Of a DNA stretch of 64,000 nucleotides, positions 39,731-50,405 are shown in pieces (the stretch's first letter is position 1; each line of letters opens with the position of its first letter). Source of the DNA: Obrimoposthia wandeli (lineage: Eukaryota). Below the pieces are notes generated by a model that saw only the letters and a list, made by a program, of their open reading frames with translations, ran no database searches and was not told the DNA's origin. Location: the NCBI GenBank assembly GCA_977020255.1, contig CDROCS010002834.1:124001-188000 (forward strand), read 5' to 3'. The translations under genes were made by a program, and so were the position numbers.

Positions 39731-41164
39731 ATCTTTAATCGAGTAGCCAGCTTTTGCCGTAAAGTACTGAATCGCGACAGTAGTACTCGCGATACCGAGG
39801 AACAACCCTTGCAAGTTTTTCAACGCCAAGAGCACGGCATTTCACGTAAAGATATCAGCGAGAATGCGCTGAAGGTACTTTATCGCCTGAACAAAGGGGG
39901 CTATGACGCCTATTTAGTCGGCGGTGGTGTACGTGATCTTTTATTACACAAGCAACCTAAAGATTTTGATATTGCAACCAATGCAACGCCGGAAGAAATT
40001 AAAAGTCTATTCCGTAACTGCCGCTTGATTGGACGCCGTTTCCGTCTTGCGCACATCTTGTTTGGTCGTGATGTTATTGAAGTTGCTACTTTCCGAGGTC
40101 ATCACTCTGATGCGCCGGTGAAAGTTGAAGTTGAAGTTAAAGATAAAACCGACGAAAAGGGCAAACAGCAGATTTCATCGAAAAGCCAAGAAGGCATGTT
40201 GTTACGCGACAATGTCTACGGCACGATAGATGAAGATGCTGAACGTCGTGACTTCACGATCAATGCCATGTATTACAGCGCAAAAGATTTCACGGTAACC
40301 GACTACGCGAATGGCGTAGAAGATCTCAATAATCGCATCGTGCGTTTGATGGGTGACCCAGAAACACGCTACCGTGAAGATCCTGTTCGGATGCTACGTG
40401 CAGTACGTTTTGCCGCTAAATTAGACATGACGATTGAAGAAAAAACCGCCGCGCCGATTGAAGAACTTGCACCATTGTTGCGAGATATTCCATCAGCACG
40501 ATTATTTGAAGAAAGTTTAAAGCTGCTTCAAGCGGGTCAAGGTTTAGCAACATACAAGCTGCTTCGTCAATACAATCTATTTCAACAGTTGTTCCCTATT
40601 CTTGCCGATCACTTTACTGAAGATCACAGCAGCCAAACGGAACAAATGATTGAGCACATTTTAGCAGCGACAGATCAGCGTATTGCAGAAGATAAACGTG
40701 TAAATCCTGCATTTATCTATGCCGCTATGTTGTGGTACCCGCTAACAACGCGTGCAGAAGAAATATCTTTTACTAGCGGTTTAGCGTTTTATGATGCCTT
40801 TATGGTTGCTGCTAACGACATCTTAGATGAACAAGTACGCAGTATTGCCATTCCACGTCGTCATACCACGACAGTGCGTGATATCTGGCAACAACAAATC
40901 CGCTTTAGCCGTCGTTCTGGCAAGCGTGCATTCAAAATGATGGAACATCCTAAGTTCCGTGCAGCGTACGATTTCATGGAAATGCGTAGCCATTTTGAAG
41001 GCGATGATATTGTTGAGTTAACCAGTTGGTGGAATGAATTCCAAAATGCTGACCGCCCACTACGCGGGAAGATGGTTCAAGAAGTTAATGATGATGGAGG
41101 ACGCCGCCCTCGTCGTCGCCGTCCACAACGTCGTAAAAAGCCACAAGCAAAGTCATCATCATGA
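39731..41164 (+). CDS. pcnB: Poly(A) polymerase I, probable non-canonical ATC/ATT start
   Basis: [20 protein letters not shown]; in-frame upstream (I)[12 protein letters not shown] after GAGGTG, matching the E. coli AUU-initiated N-terminus. Confidence 0.9.
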   Translation: MFNRVASFCRKVLNRDSSTRDTEEQPLQVFQRQEHGISRKDISENALKVLYRLNKGGYDAYLVGGGVRDLLLHKQPKDFDIATNATPEEIKSLFRNCRLIGRRFRLAHILFGRDVIEVATFRGHHSDAPVKVEVEVKDKTDEKGKQQISSKSQEGMLLRDNVYGTIDEDAERRDFTINAMYYSAKDFTVTDYANGVEDLNNRIVRLMGDPETRYREDPVRMLRAVRFAAKLDMTIEEKTAAPIEELAPLLRDIPSARLFEESLKLLQAGQGLATYKLLRQYNLFQQLFPILADHFTEDHSSQTEQMIEHILAATDQRIAEDKRVNPAFIYAAMLWYPLTTRAEEISFTSGLAFYDAFMVAANDILDEQVRSIAIPRRHTTTVRDIWQQQIRFSRRSGKRAFKMMEHPKFRAAYDFMEMRSHFEGDDIVELTSWWNEFQNADRPLRGKMVQEVNDDGGRRPRRRRPQRRKKPQAKSSS

Positions 41165-41646
41165 TCCGTTCTTATATCGCCATTGGTAGTAATCTGGGTG
41201 ATCCCATTTCACAAGCAATGAGTGCTATAAAAGCCCTAAAACAGATTCCGGCAATCACAGTGGTTGCCGAATCCTCGCTATACAGCAGTACCCCGATGGG
41301 GCCACAAAATCAACCGGATTATATTAATGCTGTTGTTGCTATCGACACCACATTAACGCCGTTAGAGCTGCTGAACGCAACCCAAGCTATCGAGCTTGAG
41401 CATGGACGCGTCCGTAAAGATGAGCGCTGGGGACCAAGAACTTTGGATCTCGACATTATTCTTTATGGCGATCTGGAACATCACTGTGAACGGTTAACCG
41501 TTCCACATTATGGAATGAAAGTACGTGAATTTGTACTTTATCCACTTGCCGAAATTATCCCTGATTTGATTCTGCCTGATAATACCGCACTTTCGCAGTT
41601 ATTAACGCAGGTAGACCGCAATGGCTTAGCTATCTGGCAAGCATAA
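41161..41646 (+). CDS. folK: 2-amino-4-hydroxy-6-hydroxymethyldihydropteridine pyrophosphokinase
   Basis: [30 protein letters not shown]. Confidence 0.97.
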   Translation: MIRSYIAIGSNLGDPISQAMSAIKALKQIPAITVVAESSLYSSTPMGPQNQPDYINAVVAIDTTLTPLELLNATQAIELEHGRVRKDERWGPRTLDLDIILYGDLEHHCERLTVPHYGMKVREFVLYPLAEIIPDLILPDNTALSQLLTQVDRNGLAIWQA

Positions 41647-41673
41647 AACATTGATCAGGGTGAGGGAGACGTT

Positions 41674-42468
41674 ATGAAAAAAATAACAATCAACGACCTG
41701 ATGACATGGAAGCATGAAGGTCGTAAATTTGCATCGATAACTGCATATGATGCAAGTTTTGCTCAATTGTTTGAGCAACAGGAAGTACCAGTAATGCTGG
41801 TTGGCGATTCATTGGGAATGGTTTTACAAGGTAAACCTGACACCCTGCCAGTCAGTGTAAGTGACATTGCTTACCACACGCGATGTGTACGAGCTGGTAG
41901 CCCTAACTCTCTTTTAATGGCTGATATGCCATTCATGAGCTACAGCACCCCAGAACAAGCGTGTGAGAGTGCCGCAGAGCTTATGCGAGCGGGCGCTAAC
42001 ATGGTAAAACTGGAAGGTGGCGCATGGTTAGCTGAAACCGTCACAAAGCTCACCGAGCGTGCAGTTCCGGTATGTGCTCACTTAGGCCTTACTCCACAAT
42101 CTGTAAATATTTTTGGTGGATATAAAGTTCAAGGTCGCGATTCAGATCACGCAGAGAAAATGGTAAAAGATGCTATTTTATTGAAAAATGCTGGGGCTCA
42201 GATTATCTTGCTGGAATGTGTACCCGCAAGCCTTGCAGAGCGTATTACCAAGGCGGTTGAAGTCCCGGTTATTGGGATTGGCGCTGGTAACGTAACAGAT
42301 GGTCAGATCCTAGTGATGCACGATATGTTTGGTATTTCTGCCAACTACATGCCGCGTTTTTCAAAAAATTATCTCGCTGAAACTGGCGACATGCGTGCAG
42401 CTGTCAGCAAGTATCTAGAAGAGGTTGAGGCAGGTACTTTTCCTGGCCCTCAACACACCTTTGAGTAA
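41674..42468 (+). CDS. panB: 3-methyl-2-oxobutanoate hydroxymethyltransferase
   Basis: [27 protein letters not shown]. Confidence 0.98.
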   Translation: MKKITINDLMTWKHEGRKFASITAYDASFAQLFEQQEVPVMLVGDSLGMVLQGKPDTLPVSVSDIAYHTRCVRAGSPNSLLMADMPFMSYSTPEQACESAAELMRAGANMVKLEGGAWLAETVTKLTERAVPVCAHLGLTPQSVNIFGGYKVQGRDSDHAEKMVKDAILLKNAGAQIILLECVPASLAERITKAVEVPVIGIGAGNVTDGQILVMHDMFGISANYMPRFSKNYLAETGDMRAAVSKYLEEVEAGTFPGPQHTFE

Positions 42469-42478
42469 GGAATAAAAG

Positions 42479-43366
42479 ATGCAAACATTCGCCGAAATCG
42501 CCCTATTAAGAGAGCAGATTCGCGCATGGCGTCGTGAAGGTCGTCGTATCGCTTTTGTTCCAACAATGGGCAATCTTCATGATGGTCATCTAACGCTAGT
42601 ACGTAAAGCCCGTGAGCATGCAGATATTGTTGTGGTGAGTATTTTTGTTAACCCGATGCAATTTGAAAAAGCTGACGATTTAACAAACTACCCGCGTACT
42701 TTAGACAATGATCTGGCGAAGTTGAATAGCGAAGGGGTTGACCTTGTGTTTACGCCAACGCCTGAAGTCATGTACCCACACGGTTTAGAACGTCAAACAT
42801 TTGTTGAAGTGCCGGGCTTATCGCAAATGCTAGAAGGCGCACTGCGTCCTGGTCATTTTCGTGGCGTTGCAACAGTTGTAACCAAGCTGTTCAATATGGT
42901 GCAACCTGATGTCGCTTACTTTGGTGAGAAAGATTACCAACAGCTAGCACTATTACGTCAAATGGCACTCGACATGGCAATGGATATCGACATCATTGGT
43001 GTGCCAACCGTGCGTGAAATGGACGGTTTAGCAATGAGCTCTCGTAATGGTTATCTAACGGTTGACGAACGCCAACGTGCCCCAGTTTTAGCCCGTACAA
43101 TGCGTTGGGTGAGCAGCCAAATGCGTGGTGGTCGTACGGATTACTCTGAAATTATCGTTGATGCCAATGATCAGCTTCGTGCTGCAGGGCTTCAACCTGA
43201 TGAAAGCTACATTCGTGATGCAGTAACGCTACAAGCGGTATCAGTAGAGACCCAGCAAGCGGTCATTCTGATGTCTGCACAGCTTGGTAAAGCCCGCTTA
43301 ATCGATAATCAAGTGGTCGAACTTACCCAACAAGCAGCATCAGTAGCAGAAACGGCTGAGTCATAA
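42479..43366 (+). CDS. panC: Pantoate-beta-alanine ligase
   Basis: [37 protein letters not shown]. Confidence 0.98.
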   Translation: MQTFAEIALLREQIRAWRREGRRIAFVPTMGNLHDGHLTLVRKAREHADIVVVSIFVNPMQFEKADDLTNYPRTLDNDLAKLNSEGVDLVFTPTPEVMYPHGLERQTFVEVPGLSQMLEGALRPGHFRGVATVVTKLFNMVQPDVAYFGEKDYQQLALLRQMALDMAMDIDIIGVPTVREMDGLAMSSRNGYLTVDERQRAPVLARTMRWVSSQMRGGRTDYSEIIVDANDQLRAAGLQPDESYIRDAVTLQAVSVETQQAVILMSAQLGKARLIDNQVVELTQQAASVAETAES

Positions 43367-43402
43367 TAAACGACGCGTTTAACACTACAGATAACACTGT
43401 TT

Positions 43403-43439
43403 AAAAAAGGCCGAATATCGAAAGATAATCGGCCTTTTT
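43403..43439. terminator. Bidirectional terminator between panC and yadH
   Basis: AAAAAAGGCCGA...TCGGCCTTTTT. Confidence 0.85.
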
Positions 43440-43470
43440 GTTACCACTTTTCCTACTTCAATATGCAGTC

Positions 43471-44241
43471 TTACGAACGTAAACCAATACCACGAGAAAT
43501 CAGATAATAAGCAATCGCATATAAGAAAAGGATAAATCCGATAAGTACCCCAAATGACGTTACAATTCCCACATCAGACACCCCTAAGAAACCATAACGG
43601 AATGCATTCACCATATATACGATGGGATTCAACTTTGACACACCTTGCCAAAATTCAGGCAATAAGTTGATGGAGTAAAAGACCCCACCCAGGTAGGTCA
43701 ACGGGGTTAAAATAAAGGTTGGAATAATACTAATATCATCAAATGTGCGTGCAAACACCGCATTAATCAACCCGCCAAGTGAAAACACAATCGACGTCAT
43801 CAAGATCGTTGCAACAATCACCCCTAAATGAGCAATAGTTAGATCAACAAAAAAGAGTGATACCACACTAACAATAAAACCAACCCCTAAACCACGCAAT
43901 ACACCGCCACCGACATAACCTGCAATGATGATGTAATTAGGCACAGGTGCCACGAGTAACTCTTCAATGTTGTGCTGAAATTTAGCACTGAAAAAAGATG
44001 ACGCGACATTAGAATATGAATTGGTGATCACCGACATCATGATCAGACCCGGCACGATATATTCCATGTAACTAAACCCGTTCATTTCGCCAATTCGGCT
44101 ACCAATGAGGTTACCAAAAATAATGAAATACAAGGTCATGGTGATAGCAGGCGGCACCAAGGTTTGCACCCAGATTCGAGTGAAACGGTGAATTTCTTTG
44201 GTGATCAGGCTTTTAAAAGCGATCCAAAATTGGTGGTTCAT
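43471..44241 (-). CDS. yadH: ABC-2 type transporter permease
   Basis: RIWVQTLVPP, YIVPGLIMM, TPLTYLGGVFY. Confidence 0.92.
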   Translation of the reverse strand: MNHQFWIAFKSLITKEIHRFTRIWVQTLVPPAITMTLYFIIFGNLIGSRIGEMNGFSYMEYIVPGLIMMSVITNSYSNVASSFFSAKFQHNIEELLVAPVPNYIIIAGYVGGGVLRGLGVGFIVSVVSLFFVDLTIAHLGVIVATILMTSIVFSLGGLINAVFARTFDDISIIPTFILTPLTYLGGVFYSINLLPEFWQGVSKLNPIVYMVNAFRYGFLGVSDVGIVTSFGVLIGFILFLYAIAYYLISRGIGLRS

Positions 44242-45176
44242 GCTTGTGCCTCTTTGTTTGATGATGCCTGACTCTGTGCAATCAAGGTCACAAACAATTC
44301 TTCTAAACGGTTCGCTTTATTACGCATCGACATTACGTCAATCCCTTGCGCAGTCAAAGCGGTAAAAATCGCATTCAGTCCTTTGTCCTTTTCGACATCG
44401 ACTTCGAGGGTATGATTATCGGATAAACGCCAATTCAAACCGTCAAGCTCGGGTTTGTTACCGTTAAGGTTAATATCCAAAATAAAGGTTTCAACTTCCA
44501 ACTTACTCAATAACTCTTTCATTGAAGTGTGTTCGACCAATTTACCACAATTGATAATACCGATATTACGGCACAGCATTTCTGCTTCTTCTAAATAGTG
44601 GGTGGTCAGAATAATAGTGACACCCTGACGATTAATTTCACGTAAGAATGTCCACATTGAACGGCGTAACTCTATGTCGACACCGGCCGTTGGTTCATCA
44701 AGAATAAGTAGCTTCGGTTCATGCATCAATGCACGAGCAATCATTAAACGACGCTTCATACCACCAGAAAGATTACGCGCACGTTCATTACGCTTTCCCC
44801 ATAAATCTAGCTGACTGAGGTATTTTTTAGCGCGCTCTCGTGCCAATGGTTTATCAACACCATAATAACCGGCTTGATTGACAACGATCTGTTCAACAGT
44901 TTCAAATGGATTAAAGTTAAATTCTTGTGGTACTAATCCCAGCTGATTCTTCGCTTTAACAAGATCTGAGTCAATATCGTAACCAAACACCTTTACCGAA
45001 CCCGCTGTCTTGTTAACTAACGAACTTATTACACCTATTGTTGTTGACTTACCTGCTCCATTTGGGCCTAGTAATGCAAAGAAGTCTCCTTCTTCGACAG
45101 ATAAGCTCATGTTTTTAATGGCTTCAACGCCACCGCTATAGGTTTTACTTAAATTTTTGATTTCCAGAGCGTTCAT
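44238..45176 (-). CDS. yadG: ABC transporter ATP-binding protein
   Basis: GPNGAGKST, LSGGM, LDEP; start at ATG 45176. Confidence 0.92.
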   Translation of the reverse strand: MNALEIKNLSKTYSGGVEAIKNMSLSVEEGDFFALLGPNGAGKSTTIGVISSLVNKTAGSVKVFGYDIDSDLVKAKNQLGLVPQEFNFNPFETVEQIVVNQAGYYGVDKPLARERAKKYLSQLDLWGKRNERARNLSGGMKRRLMIARALMHEPKLLILDEPTAGVDIELRRSMWTFLREINRQGVTIILTTHYLEEAEMLCRNIGIINCGKLVEHTSMKELLSKLEVETFILDINLNGNKPELDGLNWRLSDNHTLEVDVEKDKGLNAIFTALTAQGIDVMSMRNKANRLEELFVTLIAQSQASSNKEAQA

Positions 45177-45303
45177 AAAATACAATCTTAATGTTATAAG
45201 TTTTCATCAAATGTCACTACTTTTCACAAAATGAGTAACTAATCCGATTTGCTATTAGTCCAGCTTGTGTATAGTAGAGGGCATATTAAATAAAGGCATT
45301 ATC

Positions 45304-45960
45304 ATGGCAGATATTAAGCAATTATTCGCAAACAATATCTCTTGGTCAGAAAGCATCAAGGAAGATACCCCCGAATTTTTTTCTCACCTCGCGGAGTCAC
45401 AACAACCGCAATACTTATGGATTGGCTGTTCTGATAGCCGTGTACCCGCAGAGCGCCTAACAGGGCTAGACTCCGGCGAGCTATTTGTTCACCGAAATGT
45501 GGCAAACCAAGTCATTCACACTGACTTAAACTGCCTTTCTGTTATTCAATATGCTGTTGATGTGCTCAAGGTCAAACACATCATCGTTTGTGGACACTAT
45601 GGGTGTGGTGGTGTTACCGCTGCGATTGAGAACCCTCCCCTAGGTCTAATTAATAATTGGTTATTACACATCCGCGATCTGTATCTAAAGCACCGCAGTG
45701 AACTCGGTACATTACCTCGTGAAGATTGGGACAACAAACTGTGCGAAATCAACGTTGCCTCTCAGGTCTATAACCTGGGTAACTCAACAGTTATGCAGCA
45801 AGCTTGGGAACGCGGTCAACAAGTGAAGATTCACGGCTGGATTTATGGCATGAATAATGGCGTGTTACGCGATTTAGGTGTAACGGCAACCAGTCGCGAG
45901 TCTTTAGAGATCGCCTATCAAGCAGCAATGTCTGCAATTCTACCACCAAAAGAATTGTAG
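45304..45960 (+). CDS. can: Beta-class carbonic anhydrase
   Basis: GCSDSRV, HRNVAN, GHYGCGG; start at ATG 45304. Confidence 0.97.
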   Translation: MADIKQLFANNISWSESIKEDTPEFFSHLAESQQPQYLWIGCSDSRVPAERLTGLDSGELFVHRNVANQVIHTDLNCLSVIQYAVDVLKVKHIIVCGHYGCGGVTAAIENPPLGLINNWLLHIRDLYLKHRSELGTLPREDWDNKLCEINVASQVYNLGNSTVMQQAWERGQQVKIHGWIYGMNNGVLRDLGVTATSRESLEIAYQAAMSAILPPKEL

Positions 45961-45991
45961 TTTTTCATAGCACGCACTAAAAACAGAATAT

Positions 45992-46027
45992 AAAAAAGCG
46001 ACTGCCCATTGAGCAGTCGCTTTTTTT
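45992..46027. terminator. Bidirectional terminator between can and hpt
   Basis: AAAAAAGCGACTGC-ccattga-GCAGTCGCTTTTTTT. Confidence 0.9.
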
Positions 46028-46076
46028 GTATTCTGCTTTTACACACAAAGCTATTATACCATTCTGAAAATAGGTA

Positions 46077-46610
46077 TTAATCTTCTAGTGGTACAACTTT
46101 ACCAATGAACGGTAAATGACGGTATTTTTGCGCGTAATCAATGCCGACACCGACAACAAACTCATCAGGAATAACAAAGCCATACCAATCAACCTTCACA
46201 TTGACTTCGCGACGCTCTGGCTTGTCCAATAGTGTACAAATACGAATTGAATTTGGTTCACGTAGAGATAAGATTTCACACACTTTATTGAGAGTGTTAC
46301 CTGTATCGATAATATCTTCAACGAGCAGTACATCTTTACCTTTAATGTCGTCATCCAGATCTTTTAGGATACGTACATCGCGGTTACTTTCCATTGTATT
46401 GCCGTAACTTGATGCAGTCATGAAGTCAACTTCATGAGGAAGGTCAATTGCACGTGCTAAATCAGCCATAAAGACAAAAGAACCACGTAACAAGCCAACC
46501 ATAACAAGGTTCTCTGATCCCTTGTAACATTCAGTAATTTGCTTTCCTAGCTCTTTTACTCGTGCCTGAACATCCTGCTCAGAAATTAGTACTTCAACTG
46601 TATGTTTCAT
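46077..46610 (-). CDS. hpt: Hypoxanthine phosphoribosyltransferase
   Basis: [26 protein letters not shown]; start at ATG 46610. Confidence 0.97.
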   Translation of the reverse strand: MKHTVEVLISEQDVQARVKELGKQITECYKGSENLVMVGLLRGSFVFMADLARAIDLPHEVDFMTASSYGNTMESNRDVRILKDLDDDIKGKDVLLVEDIIDTGNTLNKVCEILSLREPNSIRICTLLDKPERREVNVKVDWYGFVIPDEFVVGVGIDYAQKYRHLPFIGKVVPLED

Positions 46611-46838
46611 CTTATTCTCCATCAGTACGACCGCATCAGCCGCCTGCAGGCTATCTAATACCAAAGAAGACACATTCTATCATTCATTGATACTAATAGT
46701 TATTTTATCGATAGTGTCAATTATACGACACACTTCAATTAAGTTACGTTTGAATACGTCCTGTTGCTGTTGTAGAGTTAATCATACAAAACAAATATAT
46801 AATACTTATAAATACTTACCGCTAGGGATCACTTGCTC

Positions 46839-47447
46839 ATGGATACGATCGTAAAAAAAACGCGTACTCGTCTTTCTCCTGAAAAAAGAAAACAACAGCT
46901 TCTCAATTTTGCTTTAGATGTATTTGCTCGCCGCGGAATAGGCAGAGCAGGGCATGCTGATATTGCTGAAATGGCCAATGTGTCAGTGGCCACCGTCTTT
47001 AATTACTTTCCAACCCGTGAGGCACTAGTTGAAGAAGTATTACTCCAAGTTGAGAACCGTTTTAGCCTTCTACTTTCAGAGTGCCTAGATGAGCAAGATA
47101 AAACGTTACATGCCCGCCTACGCTGCATTTCGCACACTCTTATCGATGCGGTTATCGAACAACAAGACTGGTTAAAAGTATGGTTTGAATGGAGCACTTC
47201 TGTTCGAGACGATATTTGGCCGCTGTTTATTAGTGGTAATAAAAAAAGCCTTAAACGTATCGCTGCAGCATTTGAGCAAGGTAAAGAAAATGATGAAATT
47301 GATAGTGAGAATTCATCTGATGATTTAGCTCACCTTCTGCACGGGTTATGCTACATCTTATACTTGCAGTCGAACTTACACCCAGATCAAGACAAAATGC
47401 GCGAACAAGCAGAACGCTACATCAACACGTTGTGCCCTGCCAAATAA
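46839..47447 (+). CDS. luxR: TetR-family quorum-sensing master regulator of the HapR/LuxR(V. harveyi)/SmcR/OpaR/LitR clade
   Basis: RTRLSPEKRKQQL...FARRGIGRAGHADIAE...VSVATVFNYFPTRE, KVWFEWS; divergent from hpt as in Vibrio. Confidence 0.93.
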   Translation: MDTIVKKTRTRLSPEKRKQQLLNFALDVFARRGIGRAGHADIAEMANVSVATVFNYFPTREALVEEVLLQVENRFSLLLSECLDEQDKTLHARLRCISHTLIDAVIEQQDWLKVWFEWSTSVRDDIWPLFISGNKKSLKRIAAAFEQGKENDEIDSENSSDDLAHLLHGLCYILYLQSNLHPDQDKMREQAERYINTLCPAK

Positions 47448-47463
47448 GCCTAGATTCTCAGAC

Positions 47464-47493
47464 AAAAAAGGTCAGTCTCCACTGATCTTTTTT
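47464..47493. terminator. Bidirectional terminator between luxR and fbpC
   Basis: AAAAAAGGTCAGT-ctcc-ACTGATCTTTTTT. Confidence 0.85.
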
Positions 47494-47542
47494 ATCAAAT
47501 AAACATCTTTTATCACGGTGATTTAGCGTTAACTTTGACGTT

Positions 47543-48583
47543 CTAGCACGCGGTAGCAAAAACAACAGGCTCATGCGGCTCTACATTGATCGCCACTTTA
47601 TCACCAATATTCAATATTAAGTGTGAATTGACCACCAATGAATGCCCCTGATACTTCACCGTATAACGGCAGTTATCGCCCATGAATTGTTGCTCTACAA
47701 TGACTCCACCCCCATCAGTTTGTGGCTGAACATGTAAGTTCTGAGGGCGTAATAACCATTCAACATTATCGTCTTGTCGATAAGTCAGTTCAGAACTGAA
47801 TTCAATATCGCCAAATGGTGTAAATAGGTGCTTGTTATTTTTCACGGTGGCTGGAAGATAAGAACCTGTACCTAAAAACTCTGCAACAAAACGGCTGCTT
47901 GGGCGATAATAGAGATCCGTAGCAGTGCCAAATTGCTCAATAATACCGTTATTCATAACAGCAAGACGATCGGCAAACGCGAAAGCCTCTTCTCGACTGT
48001 GAGTAACAAAAATCGCAGTAACGCCCTGCGCTTTAAAAATACGACGAATTTCTTTAATCAAGCCGTGACGTACTTGAGTATCAATATTTGAGAACGGTTC
48101 ATCTAATAAAATCAAATCCGGCTCACAAGCTAATGCGCGAGCAATGGCAACGCGTTGCTGCTGCCCACCCGATAACTGATGTGGATAGCGATCATCAAGC
48201 TTAGTGAGGTGAACAAGCTCTAACATTTCCTGAACTTTGGCCAGAATGCGGGCTTTATCCCAATCTTTCAAACCAAACGCAATGTTCTCAGCCACGGTGA
48301 GATGTGGGAATAATGCATAGTCTTGAAATATCATGCCAATATTACGCTTTTCGGGGGGTAACCACGTCGTATCATCCACCACAACACGACCATTAATCGT
48401 CATGCCACCACTCTCTAATGGCAATAAACCTGCAATCGCTTTAAGCAAGGTTGTTTTACCGCAACCACTCGCACCAAGCAAACAGACAATTTCGTTATCT
48501 TCAACAGGCAATGAGAGGTTCTGTAATACCGCCTGGCCGTTATAACGGCACGTTAAGTTAGTAACGGATAATGCACTACTCAT
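47543..48583 (-). CDS. fbpC: Fe(3+) ABC transporter ATPase
   Basis: GASGCGKT, FQDYALFPH, LSGGQQQR, LDEPFS. Confidence 0.92.
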   Translation of the reverse strand: MSSALSVTNLTCRYNGQAVLQNLSLPVEDNEIVCLLGASGCGKTTLLKAIAGLLPLESGGMTINGRVVVDDTTWLPPEKRNIGMIFQDYALFPHLTVAENIAFGLKDWDKARILAKVQEMLELVHLTKLDDRYPHQLSGGQQQRVAIARALACEPDLILLDEPFSNIDTQVRHGLIKEIRRIFKAQGVTAIFVTHSREEAFAFADRLAVMNNGIIEQFGTATDLYYRPSSRFVAEFLGTGSYLPATVKNNKHLFTPFGDIEFSSELTYRQDDNVEWLLRPQNLHVQPQTDGGGVIVEQQFMGDNCRYTVKYQGHSLVVNSHLILNIGDKVAINVEPHEPVVFATAC

Positions 48584-50211
48584 CAGTGTTTCTGCTCCAA
48601 AGAACGGTTAATCATCACCAATGGGATCAGACCAACAATAACCAATAAAATCGCGGGTAGAGCGGCCTGCTCTAACTGCTCATCCGAGGCAAAATTAAAA
48701 ACATAGGTCGCCAGGGTTTCAAAGTTAAAGGGGCGTAATAATAATGCCGCATTTAATTCTTTCATGGATTCAATAAACACCAACAAACCTGCAATTAAGC
48801 AACCACGACGAATTAACGGTAAATGAATGCGGCGCAACATCGCTGTGGATGCATAGCCCATGGTTTTTGATGCCATATCTAACGATGGGGATATCTTCGC
48901 TAAACTGCTTTCAACACTACCAATGGCTACCGCCGCAAAACGCACTACAAAGGCAAAAACAATAGCAAACATCGTACCTGAGAAAATTAACCCTGGACGA
49001 CCCAGTTCATAAGCACGCGTAAAGTCATTCAATAGGTGATCAGCGGAGGTAAGAGGAATCATCACGCCAATCGCTAGTACAGTACCTGGTACGGCATAGC
49101 CTAATGAAGCCAAACGCATTGGCACCGCAGTATACTTACTGCCGTCTAAGCGACGGTAGAAATTAACGATCAAGGCCAAGATAACAGCGATAACGGCAGC
49201 AATAATCGAAACGGATAAACTGTTAAGGCTGTATTGCAGAAATTGAGTGGTCCAGCTTTCTGCAAAATAGTGCCATGCATAGTAACCAAGTTGAAGTAAT
49301 GGGAACGCAAAGGCCATACAGACCAATCCCCAGCACCATATGATTGCGCACCATTTTTTAGCACCCGTTAAGGTGTAGCGAACATCATCACCCTGCTCAA
49401 ACTGCTGCTGAAATAATTTTTGCTTTCGACGGCTAAAACGCTCAGTGCTGATCAAAAAGAAAATCACTAATAACATCAGCGATGATATTTTGGCTGCCGC
49501 ATTTAAGTTTGAGTACCCTAGCCACGTATCATACACCGCAGTTGTTAGGGTATTAACCGCAAAATAACTCACTGTACCGAAGTCACCCAAGGTTTCCATT
49601 GCCACAAGGGATAACGCCACCGCGATAGAAGGGCGGGCTAATGGTAATGATATACGACGGAAACTTTGCCATGGCGAACACTGCAGCAAACGTGCAGATT
49701 GCAGCAAACTAACACTTTGCTCCATAAAAGCCGCACGGGCTAGCAAGTAGATATACGGATAAAGGACGAGTGCTAGAACAATACAAGCCCCACCCAAAGA
49801 ACGAATATTAGGGAACCAATAATCGTGGATTGTTTGCCAGCCAAACACATCACGTAAGAAGATTTGAACCGGGCCAGCATAATCAAACCAATTGGTATAG
49901 ACATACCCCACAATATAGCCCGGCATTGCCAACGGTAGCACCAATGCCCATTGCAGCATTTTTTCTCCCGGAACACGGCACATCGCCATAATCCAAGCAG
50001 AAGGTAGACCTAACAGAAGTGCTAAAACGGAGGTACCTAATACCAACCCAAACGTATTGGCGGTATAAGTCCCCATTACGGTACTCATTAAATGAGAAAA
50101 CACCTCATCAGAATCACCCAATGCGGTGTAAAAAATAGCTAGAATTGGTAGCACCAACAACAAGGATAATACCCAGCTACTGGATTGCCAAAATATATGT
50201 TTTTCTTTCAT
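48583..50211 (-). CDS. fbpB: Fe(3+) ABC transporter permease
   Basis: 542 aa with two fused permease repeats, LYPYIYLLARA. Confidence 0.92.
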   Translation of the reverse strand: MKEKHIFWQSSSWVLSLLLVLPILAIFYTALGDSDEVFSHLMSTVMGTYTANTFGLVLGTSVLALLLGLPSAWIMAMCRVPGEKMLQWALVLPLAMPGYIVGYVYTNWFDYAGPVQIFLRDVFGWQTIHDYWFPNIRSLGGACIVLALVLYPYIYLLARAAFMEQSVSLLQSARLLQCSPWQSFRRISLPLARPSIAVALSLVAMETLGDFGTVSYFAVNTLTTAVYDTWLGYSNLNAAAKISSLMLLVIFFLISTERFSRRKQKLFQQQFEQGDDVRYTLTGAKKWCAIIWCWGLVCMAFAFPLLQLGYYAWHYFAESWTTQFLQYSLNSLSVSIIAAVIAVILALIVNFYRRLDGSKYTAVPMRLASLGYAVPGTVLAIGVMIPLTSADHLLNDFTRAYELGRPGLIFSGTMFAIVFAFVVRFAAVAIGSVESSLAKISPSLDMASKTMGYASTAMLRRIHLPLIRRGCLIAGLLVFIESMKELNAALLLRPFNFETLATYVFNFASDEQLEQAALPAILLVIVGLIPLVMINRSLEQKH

Positions 50212-50368
50212 CGTTTACTACTTTAATCACTTTTACAATAAATCTGCAGCATCAGCACGAACTCGCCTATCACAGCGTCGTGCTCAAATATCATTGCAGC
50301 CTGATGACACTATTTTTCAAGCTAGAGAAACTACCACAACTGATTAGAAAAGGGACTAAACTTTAGCC

Positions 50369-50397
50369 AAAAAAAGGGGCATAAAGCCCCATTTTTT
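50369..50397 (-). terminator. Intra-operon terminator between fbpA and fbpB
   Basis: GGGGC-tttat-GCCCC followed by a T run on the minus strand. Confidence 0.7.
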
Positions 50398-50405
50398 GTA
50401 TGTAT

